64,000 nucleotides of DNA from Octopus vulgaris (lineage: Eukaryota), in assembly GCA_951406725.2 (NCBI GenBank), contig OX597815.1, forward strand, positions 194,432,001-194,496,000, read 5' to 3'. The notes below the pieces were generated by a model. The model searched no databases, was not told the DNA's origin, and was given only the letters and a program-made list of their open reading frames with translations. Shown here one piece after another: positions 13,147 to 25,771 of this stretch (the first letter of the stretch is position 1; each line of letters starts with the position of its first letter). Position numbers and translations under genes: made by a program.

Positions 13147-14509
13147 CGAGAAGTGTTCATTAAACATTTTCCCTGACCCATTTCCGGTTATTGCAGGAAA
13201 CGGAAGTCGTTGGCTATAAGTATACATGTCTCTCCATGTCACATAAATTGCAGCTTTTCACTAGTATTCGTTTGAGTTTTACGGCTGCTGAAGTGGACTA
13301 AGGTGTTATAATGGAAGGCACTCGAATGTAGATCAGTGATCAATGGTGCTTGAAAGGTCTTACACCAAAAGAGACTTTCGACGAGATGAAAGAAGTTTAT
13401 GGTGGCGATACACCATCATACGACGTAGTCAAGTTCTGGTATCGCCAGTTCAAATGCGGTCGGATATCGATGGAAACTTCTATTTCTGGACAACCACATT
13501 CCGCCATTGACGGCGATACTATCCATAAAGTGAAAGCTGCCATTTTGAAGGATCGCCACATAACTATTCGGCAACTCGTCCAAGAAGTGAAGGTAAGCGT
13601 AGGGTCGGTGGAAAAAAAAATTCACGACCATTTGCACACGCGGAAGTTGTCTGCACGATGGATTCCCCGGATGCTCACACCTTTTGAGAGGTAGCAACGA
13701 GTCAACTGCTCCCAGACTCGTTTGGTAATGTTCCAAGAAAACGAAGAGGACTTTTTCAGCAGACTTATCACACAAGATGAAATATGGGTCTATCACTATG
13801 ATTTCGAGACTCACTATGATTCCGAGACACTATGATTCTGAGACAACTGCTCCCAGACTCGTTTGGCAATGAGCCAAGAAAACAAAGAGGACTTTTTCAG
13901 CAGACTTATCACACAAGATGAAACATGGGTCCATCACTATGATTCCGAGACTTAAGTCCCTGTGGTTAGGGCAGCGGACTCGCGGCCGTAGGATCGCGGT
14001 TTCGATTCCCAGACGGCGCTGTGAGTGTTTATTGAGCATGCTGATCAAAGGAGTCCGCCTCGTCCTAGACAAGACCCTAGTTCACAATGTGCATGTTGCT
14101 CAGATGAATGCTCACTCCTACGGCTACGAAATCCTTCCTCATCCTCCTTACTCTCCCGACCTCACACCATCTGATTTCCACCTCTTTCCAACCATGAAAC
14201 CATTTTTGAAGGGGAAATATTTTTCGGGGAATGATGAAATCTTTTGGAACCAGCACGGAGTAGTGATGATTGATTTGAAGGGGAAGTATTTTCCGAGTAA
14301 TGATGAAATTGTTTCCGAGGTAAAGTTTTGGCTCCAGATGCAACCTACCATCTTCTACAGACGACCTCTTCACAGCTGCATAAAGCGATGGGAGAAATGT
14401 GTCACTATTAGTGGTGGCTATGTAGAAAATTACTAATAATTATGCCAAGTTTCGTTTATCCCTGTCCTTGGGAAGGGGGTTAGGAAAAATCTTTAATGAA
14501 CACTCCTCG
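13147..14509 (+). mobile_element. Decayed mariner (irritans-like) transposon
   Basis: TIRs CGAG(A/G)AGTGTTCATTAAA with TA flanks; ORF pieces with HTH, WIPRML, ITQDETW and HPPYSPDLTPSDFHLF; stops, internal duplications and a SINE head at 13957-14037. Confidence 0.93.
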
Positions 14510-14543
<34 letters not shown>

Positions 14544-14551
14544 TGTATATA

Positions 14552-14742
14552 TTGTTGTGTTTGGGGAGAGTCATTCTCTGTTAGTGCCTTATTATTTAAC
14601 ACACTCACCGGTTAAGTTTCCACTCATTTACTTATTTATTAATAGGAATAATAAATAAATATGTAAATGATTGGAAATTTTATCGGTGAGTGTGTTAAAT
14701 AATAAGGCACTAAAAGAGAATGACTCTCCCCAGACACAACAA
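14552..14742. repeat. ~190-bp foldback hairpin element next to (TATG)n
   Basis: TTGTTGTGTTTGGGGAGAGTCATTCTC...GAGAATGACTCTCCCCAGACACAACAA. Confidence 0.85.
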
Positions 14743-14804
14743 AATATGCTTCAACACACGAACTCAAATAAACAATCTTGAAAACCGAATGCCAAAACGA
14801 AGTA

Positions 14805-14971
14805 TACTTCTTCCGTCTTCTCTCCCTTGGATCTTTTTTCTCCGTCTTCCCTTCCTTGGATCTTTCCTTTTCATATGTTTCTGATGAAGAGCTCCGCTCG
14901 AAACGTTAAATCCTCCTTCTTTCCACGTCCTCGCGTTGTTGTGGTTTCTCTTTGTGTTTTCATGTTTGGAT

Positions 14972-14976
<5 letters not shown>
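14805..14976 (+). mobile_element. Short Penelope-like element family C with hammerhead core at 14878-14910
   Basis: uuu-CUGAUGA-a-GAGC-ucc-GCUC-GAAAC-GUUA-aa; abuts (TA)n; homologous to 44523-44695. Confidence 0.7.
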
Positions 14977-15038
<62 letters not shown>

Positions 15039-15574
15039 TATTATACACGCACATCCATCCATCCATCCATCCATCTATCCATACATACATTTACTGATAA
15101 ATAGGAAAGGAAATCATATATTTTAATACCTCATTTACACTCGTTTCATCATCATTCAATATAAGCAATCTTGCGTAATGCTGTAATTATTCCAGCGGCG
15201 ATTGATTTATCTTTACATGCCACGCAGGATTCCTTTTATAACAGATGTTATAAAAGATTCCTCAGAAATCCGTGAAAAATAGCATGCTTATTGATGTCAA
15301 CATCTCCTAAATAAATACTCACAAATTTGGGCAGGCCTACATGAACGCATTTATTTAAGAGAAACAAATGACTGGTAGGAACGAAGCGCATATAAGGAGG
15401 GGCCGGTATGTTTTGATGAAGCCATTATCTTCCTTCCTTGTTGACAAATTTGCGCGTCTCTATAAAAGAATGCCCAGCTGCGTCGATTGTTGTAAACCAG
15501 ATGCTGAAGTCTTCTGGCTTTGATTGTTTAGAATAGAAATGATTTAGCAGTTCCTTCCTTTTACATTCAAAACT

Positions 15575-15806
15575 TTTACTCTTTTACCCTTTTACTTGTT
15601 TCAGTCATTTGACTGCGGCCATACTGGAGCACCGCATTTAGTCGAGCAAATCGACTCCAAGACTTATTCTTTGGAAGCCTAGGACTTATTCTATCGTACT
15701 CTTTTGCTGAACCGCTAAGTTACGGGGACGTAAACACACCAGCATCAGTTGTCAAGCGATGTTGGAGGGGACAAGCACAGGCACGCAAACACATACACAA
15801 ACATGC

Positions 15807-15837
<31 letters not shown>

Positions 15838-16007
15838 AATATCCATATATATGACGGACTTCTTTCAGTTTCCGTCTACCAAATCCACTCACAAGGATTT
15901 GGTCGGCCCGAGGCTATAGAAGAAGACACTTGCCCAAGGTGCCACGCAGTGGGACTGAACCTGGAACCATGTGGCTGGCAAGCAAGCTACTTACCACACA
16001 GCCACTC
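15575..16007 (-). mobile_element. SINE family 1
   Basis: Matches family consensus. Confidence 0.9.
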
Positions 16008-16109
16008 ATATTTTTTCATTGAACCTGATAACATAATTTGTTCGCATATAAACTAATATCTATATCTATTCATTCACGTGTATATTTTATATAAGAGTAT
16101 ATATTCTAT

Positions 16110-16492
16110 GTGGAGTCGAAATGGTCCAGTCATTAGGGCAGCAGACTCGTGTTCGTAGGATCGCGGTTTCGATTCCCAGACCGGGCATTGTGAGTATTTA
16201 TTGAGCAAAAACATCTAAAGCTCAACGAGGCTCTGGCAGGGGGTGGTGATCCCTGCTGTACTCCTTCGCCACAACTTTCTCACTCACTCTTTCTTCCTGT
16301 TTCTGTTGTACCTGTATTTCAAAGGGCCAGCCTTGTCACACTCTATGTTATGCTGAATCTCCCCGAGAACTACGTTAAGGGTACACGTGTCTGTGCAGTG
16401 CTCAGCTACTTGCACGTTAATTTCATGAGCAGGCTGTTCCGTTGATCGGATCAACTGGAACCCTTGTCTTCGTAACCGACGGAATGCCACAA
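16110..16492 (+). mobile_element. tRNA(Arg)-like SINE family 3 (probably OR1-type)
   Basis: Head ...GGGCAGCAGACTCG...GGTTTCGATTCCC; tail CGTAACCGACGGA; copies at 24361 and 42448. Confidence 0.85.
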
Positions 16493-16682
16493 TATATTCT
16501 ATAAGCACTTAAAAAAATCTCTTCTGATCATCACAAATATACGCACACACATTTACACTCACACACATACAAACGCGTGCGCACACACATGCTCACAAAT
16601 ACTTGCTTATTCGGTCACATACTTATAAAATGATGTATGCATTTAGGCACATAGTCAAACACAAGTGTTATATACCCCAACT

Positions 16683-16742
<60 letters not shown>

Positions 16743-16775
16743 ACATGCATACATACAAAAAATACACACATATAT

Positions 16776-16955
16776 ATAGATCGCTAGCCACTAAACCTTT
16801 TTATTTTCTCCCCCTGTTTATTTCTGTGTTCCTTTCTGTCGAAGAGCGTAGGCTCGAAACATAAAGTGCTTTCTCACTTCCCGAGCATTAAACTAATACA
16901 TCTGTTTGTTGTTTACACACTCGTCTTCGTCAATTGTTTTTTATAAATTCTAAAT
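16776..16955 (+). mobile_element. Family B element (copy 2), variant hammerhead at 16832-16866
   Basis: CTGTCGA-A-GAGC-GTAG-GCTC-GAAAC-ATA; lies between TA tracts. Confidence 0.65.
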
Positions 16956-16964
16956 ATGTATATA

Positions 16965-17041
<77 letters not shown>

Positions 17042-17315
17042 GTATATGAAGATACAAGGAGAATGACGACAGAATGACAGAAAGAAAAAAGAGGTGGAGG
17101 AAGAAAGATTCATTCCTCGGGGCCGTATCTCATGTGGCTTTTATGTAAATAGATCAAGAGAGTCACAAGAACATTCCTAAACGAATGGCGAAATTCTGAT
17201 TGTGTCTGAAGCTACAAAAACAGACCAAAGAGTATTACATAGATGAAAAAAATGCCAGAACGTAAGTTGAGCTTGTCTGAAAGACGTGCTTGTTGTTGTT
17301 GTTGTTGTTGTTGTC

Positions 17316-17690
17316 GCTGGCAGAATCGTTAGCATGTCGGGCGAAATGCTTATCGGTATTTCGTCTGCCGCTACGTTCTGAGTTCAAATTCCGCCGAAGT
17401 CGACCTTGTCTGTCATCCTTTCGGGGTCGATTAAATAAGTACCAGTTACGCACTGGGGTCGATATAATCGACTTAATCCGTTTGTCTGTCCTTGTTTATC
17501 CTCTCTGTGTTTAGCCCCTTGTGGGTAGTAAAGAAATCCGTCTGCATTTCGTCTGCCGAGACATTCTGAGTTCAAATTCCGCCGAGGTCCTTTCGGATTG
17601 GATAAATTAAATACCAGTGGAACACTGGGGTTGATATAACTGAATTATCCCCTCCCCCAAAATGGCTGCCCTTGTGACAAAATTTGAAAT
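17316..17690 (+). mobile_element. SINE family 2, dimeric body
   Basis: Head, one unit, then a second unit with the alternative tail, followed by (ATT)n. Confidence 0.85.
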
Positions 17691-17732
17691 CATTATTATT
17701 ATTATTTCAATTTTTATTGCTGTTGCTGCTGT

Positions 17733-17799
<67 letters not shown>

Positions 17800-17998
17800 G
17801 CTACTACTACTACTACCATAATTATTTAAAACTTTGTAAATGTCATTCAACAAGGTCGTTAAACATTCAATGTTTTCTCGAACATATACTTTCCATTACT
17901 AGAAGTCATACTCTATATGGCCAACCTCAACAGCGACGATCTTGCCTGTCTTTATATGTATATGTGTAATCCTCTGTCTGTCTGTATGTCTCTCTGTC

Positions 17999-18086
<88 letters not shown>

Positions 18087-18482
18087 TACATGTTTATACA
18101 TAGGTAAATAAAAAATGAATTTATTTGCCTGTATTTGTCTAGGCATATATAAAATATATTACGAGTATATGTGTATGTTATATCTGAGCACATGTACAAC
18201 GTCGCATACATACATGTATATGTGTACGTATATATATATGTATATATATATGTATATGTATGTTGTTCGACTAAAGGCGGTGCTCTTGCATGGTCGCAGT
18301 CAAGTGACTGAAACAAGTAAAAGAATAAAAGAATATAGGCACACATGTATATATAATGGCCAAAGTATTCCGCTGATGATCTTAAAGACTTGAATTTGAT
18401 TCTCGGCAGCGTATTGTCCACCTTGTGCGAGACACTTTATTTCTAGTTACTGTATGCGTGTCTGTGGAGTGCTCAGCCACTT

Positions 18483-18950
18483 CCTTAAAATCCTTAAATC
18501 CTTAAAAATGTTTTAGCCCGAAGGCCGCGGCCATGCTGGGGCACCACCGCTGAATGAGCTACACTAATATGTGAATCCACCTCTGATACGTGGCACTTGA
18601 TCAACAAGGGAGTTCGATACCGCTGCCCGCATTTGTGTCTCCTGTCGTGAGGTAGGTTCATCTGGGACCCCCGACAAGAAGAGATCCAGTTTAGTTTTAA
18701 AGAAACCCACATCCACACCATGTAAGTCTCTCAGGCATCTAGGGAGGATGTTAAAGGGCTGTGGTCCTCTGAAACCCAAGCTGTTGCAGTATCTGGACCT
18801 GTAATTTGATGGTGATGTTGGAATCTTTGGCACCATGCAGTGGCGCCCCGTTCTGCGGTTGGGGTAACTTTGAATGCCAAAGTTTGGGACAAGACCCTCC
18901 AGGATTTTCCAGATGTATATCACCGCATATCTCTCCCGCCTTCGTTCTAG
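18483..18950 (-). mobile_element. CR1/L2-group LINE 3' end inserted in a family-3 SINE
   Basis: ERRRERYAVIYIWKILEGLVPN...FNILP...FKTKLDLFL...VPDEP; the SINE halves at 18455-18482 and 18951-19017 are near-contiguous. Confidence 0.88.
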
Positions 18951-19064
18951 TTAATATCACGAGCGGGCCGTTCCGTTCATCGGATCAACTGGAACGCTCA
19001 TCGTTGTAACCGACGGAAAGCCAGACTATATGTATGTATGTAAATACATGCATGTACACACACA

Positions 19065-19165
<101 letters not shown>

Positions 19166-19185
19166 AACAAAGTGTACGTACGACG

Positions 19186-19217
<32 letters not shown>

Positions 19218-19223
<6 letters not shown>

Positions 19224-19441
19224 GGACAAGAACGTAAAACATCCGGACAACTAGATGATACAAAAAGGGACAGCAAAACATCCAGATAGACGATACAAAA
19301 AACACGGAAGGGTCATTCGAAGCCTTTAATCTTCAATCAAGAATGACCCGTCCGTGTTTTTTGTATCGTCTATCTGGATGTTTTGTTGTCCCTTTTTGTA
19401 TCACCTAGTTGTTCGGATGTTTTGCGTTCTTGTCCCATTTT
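19218..19441. repeat. ~224-bp foldback hairpin inserted in (TA)n
   Basis: Arms 19218-19318 and 19341-19441 are reverse complements, 22-nt loop. Confidence 0.9.
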
Positions 19442-19446
19442 GTATA

Positions 19447-19477
<31 letters not shown>

Positions 19478-19990
19478 CGAGGGGATATTCAAAAGAAAGA
19501 AGTATTTTGCAATATATCTTTTATTCACTTAGTTTTACGTGTTTACACTTTTATCGCCATGAAAGTATTATCTCTTTCAATGAATGCATCGGTCCCCGCG
19601 CGTTTTCCAGTGTTCGAAGCAGTTCTGGAATTATTGCGAAGTGATGCCTTTTAACGCCTCTCTCGTTTTTATATTCGTCTCTTCCACATCTACAAAACGT
19701 TTTCCTTTAAGGACTTTTTTCAGTGGAGGGGAAAAAAAAAGAAAAAATTGCAGGGAGCAAGATCAACTTCCAGCTTTTCTTTTAGCTCACGTCACGCATT
19801 CAGTGGAGATGCACTGCAAAACAAAGACGTACTACGTGACAGTGCGACCTCAGTCGACGACGCCTTTCGGCTGGCTGGTGCCTGAGGGTCGCATCAAGTG
19901 ACTTCTAGCGGCAGAAGCCCGAACTAAACTACAACGCATACATAATTTATTGTTCCGTTTTTTGATGTAGACTGTATTGAAATAAGAGCT
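19478..19990 (-). mobile_element. Mariner remnant (C-terminal transposase + one TIR)
   Basis: TA|CGAGGGG terminus; minus-strand KKVLKGKRFVDVEE...FQNCFEHWK; right boundary uncertain. Confidence 0.7.
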
Positions 19991-20097
19991 GCTAATAGCT
20001 TCTTTCCATTGAAGCACGTTATAAAAATCTGCCTAACCACGTGACTCCATGGCAAGAAATTGTTAGCAGGTCTGATTTTAATACAGTGTACATTAAA

Positions 20098-20141
<44 letters not shown>

Positions 20142-20241
20142 GTAATATATGTATGCGAGTTTATGTGCGTGTGTGTACGCATATATGTGTATGAATGTAC
20201 GTATATAAATATACACACACGCACACGCTCACACACACACG

Positions 20242-20286
<45 letters not shown>

Positions 20287-21437
20287 ATATTGATAGAATC
20301 ATATAAACACACACAGACACACATGCACACATACATATATGTGTGTATAAGTGCAGACTCACAAATGGGAGAAAGGGTGAAGAAAAAAGACATTTACAAA
20401 TGATTCTTTGACACGAAATACCACTGAACGCGATATTTTGGTTTTAACACATATCTTGGTGTAAAATGTTACGTAGGATGGCGGATGTACGATGCGAAAA
20501 TGTGTCCGCCACTGCACTCCACACCCCTCATTCCTAGCACTTTGTAGATATGGCAGCTGTCACACGGCACCTGTTCAACGATAAGGTCTCGCGAGAAGTA
20601 TGAGGGCGTAATGTTATTTTAAATTGTACCTTCTGCTTTTTGGCTGTTTCCACGAAATATCAAGTGAATTGGATTCTTTAGGCTCGGCACACTATCCAAC
20701 ATTGTTGTTGTTATATTTGTAGCTGTTTTTTATCCCCAAGGCAGTTTACATCGAGCAGACCTATGATCAAAAGCATGAATGCGTGACTATATCTTCTCCC
20801 TAGGATCAATTTACAAATGTCTACTTTATCTAATATGACCTTTTTTCCAACACGTATATATATATTCCAAGTGGAATATCTGGCTGTTATTTTTAGCACG
20901 TTGAGCGATCATATCGAGGCTACTCTGTTAGCTCTTTTGCAGGGTAGGAAGCAACGGCGTGGACTTTAATGGCGTTTAAAGTCTTTCCATAGCGAAATAA
21001 AAGCGTTAATGTATTAAAATAGTTGTCATGGGTCTTAATTTCATGGAGATTTATCTTTTGTTCTGCATATCCATTCGCTTTTCGTTGATATAAAACGCAC
21101 CAAACAAGATGTTAACACTGTTTTGTTTTTCTTATTGTTTATCTCCCTTTAGTGGCCATTTGCAAAATCGTGTAGAACGACCTGTGATCAAAGCTATTTC
21201 AACCATGTCCACGCCGTTTGTTAAAGATATGTAAGTTTACTGTAATGTGTTCTCTTCTTATTTAAGATGGTAAACTGTGGTTCGTGAGAGATTTGGTTGC
21301 CACATTTAGCAGACCAAGAGAGCACGTAGATGTTTCGTAGTTGGAAAGGATAAGAAATAGAAGAAACCTTAAATTAATTTTTTTTTAAGTGTTTAACCAC
21401 TTCTCTACAATCATATTCCAAGAGGACTAAACATTTT

Positions 21438-21852
21438 GGATCTTTTCGGTTTGAACGGCAGTTTTTTCTAGCGGTGTCATATGAAATTGTCACCCATAAT
21501 TATGACCCTAATATCGATCTATTGCATTTCAATCTGTTTTACGGTTAGGGTTAAGGGTGGGGGGAAGGGTATCTTTTTTCTTCACAAATGTAAATAAACC
21601 CAATCTGTTTCTTAAACGAGGGACATATTCATACGGCACAGAATGTTTTTACGTCAATGGAGGTCATTGATTGGTTGAAATTGCAGAAATTGAAGAAAAA
21701 CAACAACAAATATCTTACAAACTTTAGAATTTTCGCAATAAAGCCGAAAGAAAAAGATGTTTTATAAACACATTCTACCAGTATACGAAGTTTAAAATTT
21801 TTTAGTTATCTAGAAATTATGTTAAAAACTGCCGTTCAAACCGAAAACATCC
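21438..21852. mobile_element. MITE with ~28-bp TIRs, GG...CC termini, 8-bp TSD AACATTTT (Merlin/Mutator-like)
   Basis: GGATCTTTTCGGTTTGAACGGCAGTTTT...AAAACTGCCGTTCAAACCGAAAACATCC; TSD at 21430-21437 and 21853-21860. Confidence 0.85.
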
Positions 21853-23476
21853 AACATTTTATAGATCAGATGTTGATGTAAAGTACGTAAGTTATATGCG
21901 GTTCAATTCATTGGTTTACATTTGATCTTTTAATGAAGAATAAATGTTATCTTGTCTGGAGGTGGTAGGTCCTCTACTTCCATCCTATCGCAGGAGTAAA
22001 ATTGAAGATTCTATCTTCATGAAATATTTTATATTTTGATCAGGAAGAAGAGCAGTGCCCGTGCTCTTTTGCATTGTCACTGAGACTCTTGGGAGGTAGG
22101 AAAGTATCTTCAAATCGGAAACCTTGTAACAGAATGGAGTCTGCTACAGGTACCCAGAGTACCAGGTACGGTGTTATGCCGGGTGACGGCTTAAGTCTAC
22201 TATCCAAGTAGGCCGTAGTGGGATTTGAACTTAGAACACACAGAGTCGGATCAAATACCGCAAGGCATCTGGTCTGTCTTCCTGACTGCTTTGCAATCCA
22301 CTGCCTTAGATTGGTACGCTTACATCAATCTCAAAAAGATGAGGGGGCAAAGTTAGCTTCGGCAGAAAGTGAACTTAGAGCATAGAGAGACGGAACAAAT
22401 ATAGTAAAATTTCTTTGTCTAACGCTTTGACAACTCTGCCAATTCGCTGTTTTACCAGGCCATATTCACCATCTTCACTGAGCTATCGAACTCAGCACTT
22501 CAAACTTGTCAATTTGTTGGAATCTTTTCAATTGCTGGCACAGATCTGGAAATGTTCCAATTAAGTGAACATTTTCAAGTTTGGTATATTTATGTAGTTT
22601 TTTTAAGCTGAATCCGAATCTGTTCTCAAAGAAATTTAGAAAAATGTTACTGAGTTACAAATTTTGATGATATTTACTTCGTTCAGAAGACAGACAATGG
22701 AAGCCAGCATGTTTTGCACTTATAGCTATATGTCGCAAAATGACAGTCAAATTACACAGCCTTAAAATGATATCACTTGTCAAAACTTGTGCTGCTGGTT
22801 GCGGTGGTGAAAGTGTCAGACTACAGCTTTGCCTCTTACTATGGAAGCAGACACAAATGTGAAATTTACAGCCTTGTGTATAATAGTGGCTTTCGATTGG
22901 CTAAAATTACCTAAAATTTGCAAATTTTAAAAGCTATTAGCTTCTTATTTGTTAATTTACGGTAAAAATGAATGCGAAACAAGATCAGTTGAGCAAATTT
23001 GAAAACAATTGGAACAAAATATGAAGGCTGTGACAGCAACCGAAAAAATCCATTTGTTGGAATAAAATACAAAGCCTGGGATAGGAACCGAAATGATTCC
23101 TTTGTTGTAACATATTTACGAACCATCGACCTCTGGGACGGTCAACTAGTTGCATATTCTCTCTTCCATCTGAGATTTCACTGCATTCACAAAGATGGCT
23201 TAATTTTAGTGGTGACGAGAGGAAAGAGAACAGCATATACTCTTTTACTCGTTTCAGTCATTTGACTGAGGCCATGCTGGAGCACCGCCTTCAGTCGAGC
23301 AAATCGAGCCCAAAACTTATTCTTTGTAAGCTTAGTACTTATTCTATCGGCCTCTTTTGCCGAACCGCTATGTTACGGGGACGTAAACACACCAGCATCG
23401 GTTGTCAAGCGATGTTGGAGAGACAAACAGAGACACACAAACATATACACACATACACACACATATGTATATATCT

Positions 23477-23650
23477 AGGGAGAGTTTACGAAAAAAAAAA
23501 GACGAAGACAGGTGGTGTACGAAACAAACAGATGTATTAGTATAACGCTCAGGAATAGAAAAAGTATTTTACATTTCGAGCCTACGCTCTTCTACAGAAA
23601 AAACAAGGAGAGAAAAAAATGTGTGTAGTGGCTAACGATCTATCATGGCG
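23477..23650 (-). mobile_element. Family B element (copy 3), variant hammerhead at 23567-23601
   Basis: Minus strand CTGTAGA-A-GAGC-GTAG-GCTC-GAAAT-GTA-AAA. Confidence 0.65.
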
Positions 23651-23653
23651 TCT

Positions 23654-23699
<46 letters not shown>

Positions 23700-23702
<3 letters not shown>

Positions 23703-24030
23703 ATTTAAATAATGAGGGAGATAAATTGAATATTAATTTAATTAATATCAATTTAAAACCAGTAGCCTAGCATACAAAGATCTGAAGAATCGGAGAAAAT
23801 TCTAATACATGTGTATATTTAAAGGGCTAAAAAAACACTATGTGGTCACCCATATGCTAGAAGTAGACCACCTGCGATCAAACTACAAAGAAAAGAATGT
23901 TCTCTAGAGAAAACTTCAGCAGACACCAGAACAATATGCGGACAAGACAGATGAAAATTATATAAAAAAAACAAGAATTAATCGCAGACCTAGGTTTCAC
24001 CTATTAACGAATGGATCACTTACGCAATCC
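23700..24030 (-). mobile_element. Penelope-like fragment with degenerate hammerhead at 23983-24025
   Basis: Minus strand cgua-[AGUGA]-uCCAUU...AAUaGGu-GAAAC-CUAG-GUC-ugcg; 5' core damaged. Confidence 0.5.
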
Positions 24031-24360
24031 CTCATATATACCACAGGCTTCTTTCAGTTTCCGTCTACCAAATCCACTCATAAGGCTTTGGTCAGCCCGA
24101 AGCTATAGTAGAAGACACTCGCCCAAGATGCCACGCAGTTGGACTGAACCCGGAACCATGTGGATGGTAAGCAAGCTACTTACCACACAGCCACTCCTGC
24201 AAGAAAGTCTATTAAAGGACCATCAACTGATGCCCCGTCACTGACACAGTGTTACTTCCTTAGTAAGCCAACTGCCCGTCAGTCTAAGCTTGCAAAACGT
24301 TAAGGTCAGTGCTTGTGATGTGATTTAGCTGATTATCCGCTATTAAGCCTCTTTATATTG

Positions 24361-24737
24361 GGAAGCACTCCGTCGGTTACGACGATGAGGGTTCCGGTTG
24401 ATCCGAATCAACGGAACAGCCTGCTCGTGAAATTAACGTGTAAGTGACTGAGCACTCCACAGACACGTGTACCCTTAACGTAGTTCTCGGGGATATTCAG
24501 CGTGACACAGAGAGTGACTAGGCCGGCCCTTTGAAATAGAGGTACAACAGAAACAGGAAGTAAGAGAAAGTTGTGGTGAAAGAGTACAGCAGGGATCACC
24601 ACCATCCCCTGCCGGAGTCTCGTGGAGCTTTAGGTGTTTTCGCTCAATAAACACTCACAACGCCCGGTCTGGGAATCGAAACCGCGATCCTATGACCGCG
24701 AGTCCGCTGCCCTAACCACTGGGCCATTGCGCCTCCA
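24361..24737 (-). mobile_element. SINE family 3, full length, 12-bp TSD CTCTTTATATTG
   Basis: TSD at 24349-24360 and 24738-24749. Confidence 0.93.
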
Positions 24738-25505
24738 CTCTTTATATTGAAGCATCTTCAGACGCATGTCATGTGGTTACGACGTCATTTTAATATAGAG
24801 ATATAAATTGGAATTACTTTAAAAGTTGGAATTACTTATCGGCTTCCTACACAATAATTCTATCAATGAGTCTTTCAAGAAGACTCTAACTGAAGGTCTT
24901 ACATTGGAATAAAGAAGACTTATTATGGTTGTTAACTTTGAGACATTTTTCTTTATAACAGCTAACATATTTAATATAGTGAATTAAGGCATTTTAACCA
25001 ATCAATATTACACACGTAGTGAGAAGAAAGAATGATTAGCTTAATAATCAATTCTGATCATGAAAAGAGAATTGATCATTGAGCTAATAGATTATTTCAT
25101 GTCAGCACGGGTGTAATTAAGGTTAATTAAAACCTCTTAGCACACTACGTCAAATATACTATCATTGACCTTAACAGTTGGTTTTCACGGCAGAGCGTGC
25201 AGCTGGATATATTCCACAGACTTTCTTTTGTTCACAGTCTTTTCTGATTTTTTTTTTTTTTCAAAGACAATATCTATTTATCTTTGAGCACTGAGGATCG
25301 ATATAATTTACTAGCCCTCCACCACGTAAATTTCTGGCTTTGGGCTTGTAGTAGAATGGATTATTGTTATCATTATTATTATTAGTAGTAGTAGTAGTAG
25401 TAGCAGCAGTAGCAGTAGTAATAGTAGTAGCGGTAGTAGTAGTAGTAGCAGTAGTAATAGTAGTAGCGGTAGTATTAGTAGTAGCGGTAGTAGTAGTAGT
25501 AGTAA

Positions 25506-25705
25506 AGGCAGCGAGCTGGAAAAATTCGTTAGCGGTATATCATCCGACTTTACGTTCTGAGTTCAAATTCCGCTAGTGTCGACTTTGCCTTTCATCTCTC
25601 GGAAGTCGATAAAATAAGTACCAGTTGATAGAAAGAAGCAGTGGGGGTCGATGTAGTCGATTACCCCTCTCTCAAAATTGCTGGCCTTGTGCCAAAATTT
25701 GCAAC
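25506..25705 (+). mobile_element. SINE family 2 with alternative tail
   Basis: Head and core match; followed by (ATT)n. Confidence 0.75.
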
Positions 25706-25720
25706 GATTATTATTATTAC

Positions 25721-25769
<49 letters not shown>

Positions 25770-25771
<2 letters not shown>

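Larger units (their letters stand above)
23237..24199 (-). mobile_element. SINE family 1 split at its internal microsatellite by two hammerhead-type inserts
   Basis: 3' half at 23237-23470 and 5' half at ~24040-24199 flank the inserts. Confidence 0.85.

Noticed and set aside
18370-18400. CTGATGA-TCT-TAA-AGA possible hammerhead
   Set aside because: No GAAA after stem II and no stem I/III
24650-24737. tRNA-like heads of SINEs as tRNA genes
   Set aside because: Incomplete cloverleaf and always attached to a SINE body
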